Of a DNA stretch of 64,000 nucleotides, positions 63,286-64,000 are shown piece after piece (within the stretch, counting starts at the first letter, position 1; every line of letters starts with the position of its first letter). Both the position numbers and the translations under genes were made by a program. Below the pieces are notes generated by a model that worked only from the letters and a program-made list of their open reading frames with translations, ran no database searches and was not told where the DNA came from. Origin of the DNA: Isurus oxyrinchus (lineage: Eukaryota); NCBI GenBank assembly GCA_026770705.1, contig JANJGN010000021.1, positions 99,014,001-99,078,000 of the forward strand. Direction: 5' to 3'.

Positions 63286-63612
63286 TCAGGGTCAGGAGGA
63301 CAGTGAAATTAGTCTGACAGGTTTTAACAGTGTCTGGGAGGGTGAGACAGGGTCAGGAGGACAGTGAAATTAATCTGACAGGTTTTAACAGTGTCTGTGA
63401 GGGTGAGACAGGGTCAGGAGGACAGAGAAATTAGTCTGACAGGACTTAACAGAGTCTGGGAGGGTGAGACAGGGTCAGGAGGACAGAGAAATTAGTCTGA
63501 CAGGTTTTAACAGTGTCTGGGAGGGTGAGACAGGGTCAGGAGGGCAGTGAAATTAGTCTGACAGGTTTTAACAGCGTCTGGGAGGGTGAGACAGGGTCAG
63601 GAAGGGACTGAA
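63286..63612. repeat. 61-bp minisatellite (also 17815-17900, 48690-48870, 61048-61130)
   Basis: About 5 copies of acagggtcaggaggacagtgaaattagtctgacaggttttaacagtgtctgggagggtgag. Confidence 0.92.
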
Positions 63613-63659
63613 AATGTTACAACAATACCAATGGGGGAAAAATTGAAGATGTCACTTAC

Positions 63660-63695
63660 TGAATCAGGAAGGTTCTGAAACAGAAACATCAGAAG
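63660..63695 (-). CDS. Module F: last coding exon (SDVSVSEPS*) of a class I paralog extending beyond the window
   Basis: 36 nt, ctcag acceptor, gtaagt donor; upstream intron matches 48060-48590 of C. Confidence 0.7.
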
Positions 63696-64000
63696 CTGAG
63701 AAAATAAAAACAGAATGTGAGAAACAGAATAAAAGATAAAGATTGAGAGTGTGAGACATTCTATGTCACGCACTGAGCCCAGGATTCAATCACCTCCCAG
63801 CATTAACTAAACTAACTCACACATGGTAAATGAGCACAGAGGGAGTGGAGGGTGAGGGAGTGGAGGATGAGGCAGTGGAGGGTGAGAGAAAGGAGGGCAT
63901 GATGTGGAGGGTGAGACAGTGGAGGGTGCAGGCATGGAGGATGATTGACTGGAGAAAGACAGTGAATCCTGCTGTGGAATTTGAGTAGAATGTTCCTATC

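Larger units (their letters stand above)
59880..63850. repeat. Direct segmental duplication, period ~2.38 kb (59880-61350 versus 62262-63850)
   Basis: ggtgtggaatcaaaccgatgtgcccgg at 59881 and 62262, followed by collinear similarity. Confidence 0.85.

Overview
Eukaryotic DNA, almost certainly from a shark or other elasmobranch (HE1-type SINE, shark-type CR1 tails). It holds a cluster of divergent, non-classical MHC class I heavy-chain paralogs in a dense transposon background. Gene A (+; alpha2 to terminal exon, 1345-11231; leader and alpha1 lie upstream of the window) is tail-to-tail with gene B (-, 17956-31011). B is head-to-head with gene C (+, 33073-48625), and three orphan cytoplasmic-tail modules (D, E, F; minus strand) lie at 56-63.7 kb. 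Roughly 10.4-31.3 kb and 32.85-56.9 kb are the arms of an imperfect inverted duplication centred near 32 kb. B and C carry several inactivating lesions. A has two 1-nt deletions, but a second AG 5 nt downstream could restore its frame. All alpha2 exons lack Cys101, and several classical peptide-anchor residues are replaced. B keeps an S/X1/X2/Y/CCAAT/TATA promoter module; C keeps an ISRE. Repeats include Harbinger elements, Penelope-like elements with minimal hammerhead ribozymes (two as palindromic ribozyme-only inserts with TSDs), CR1 LINEs, a Gypsy-like LTR element and several minisatellites. All calls come from reading the sequence by eye; no database search was run.
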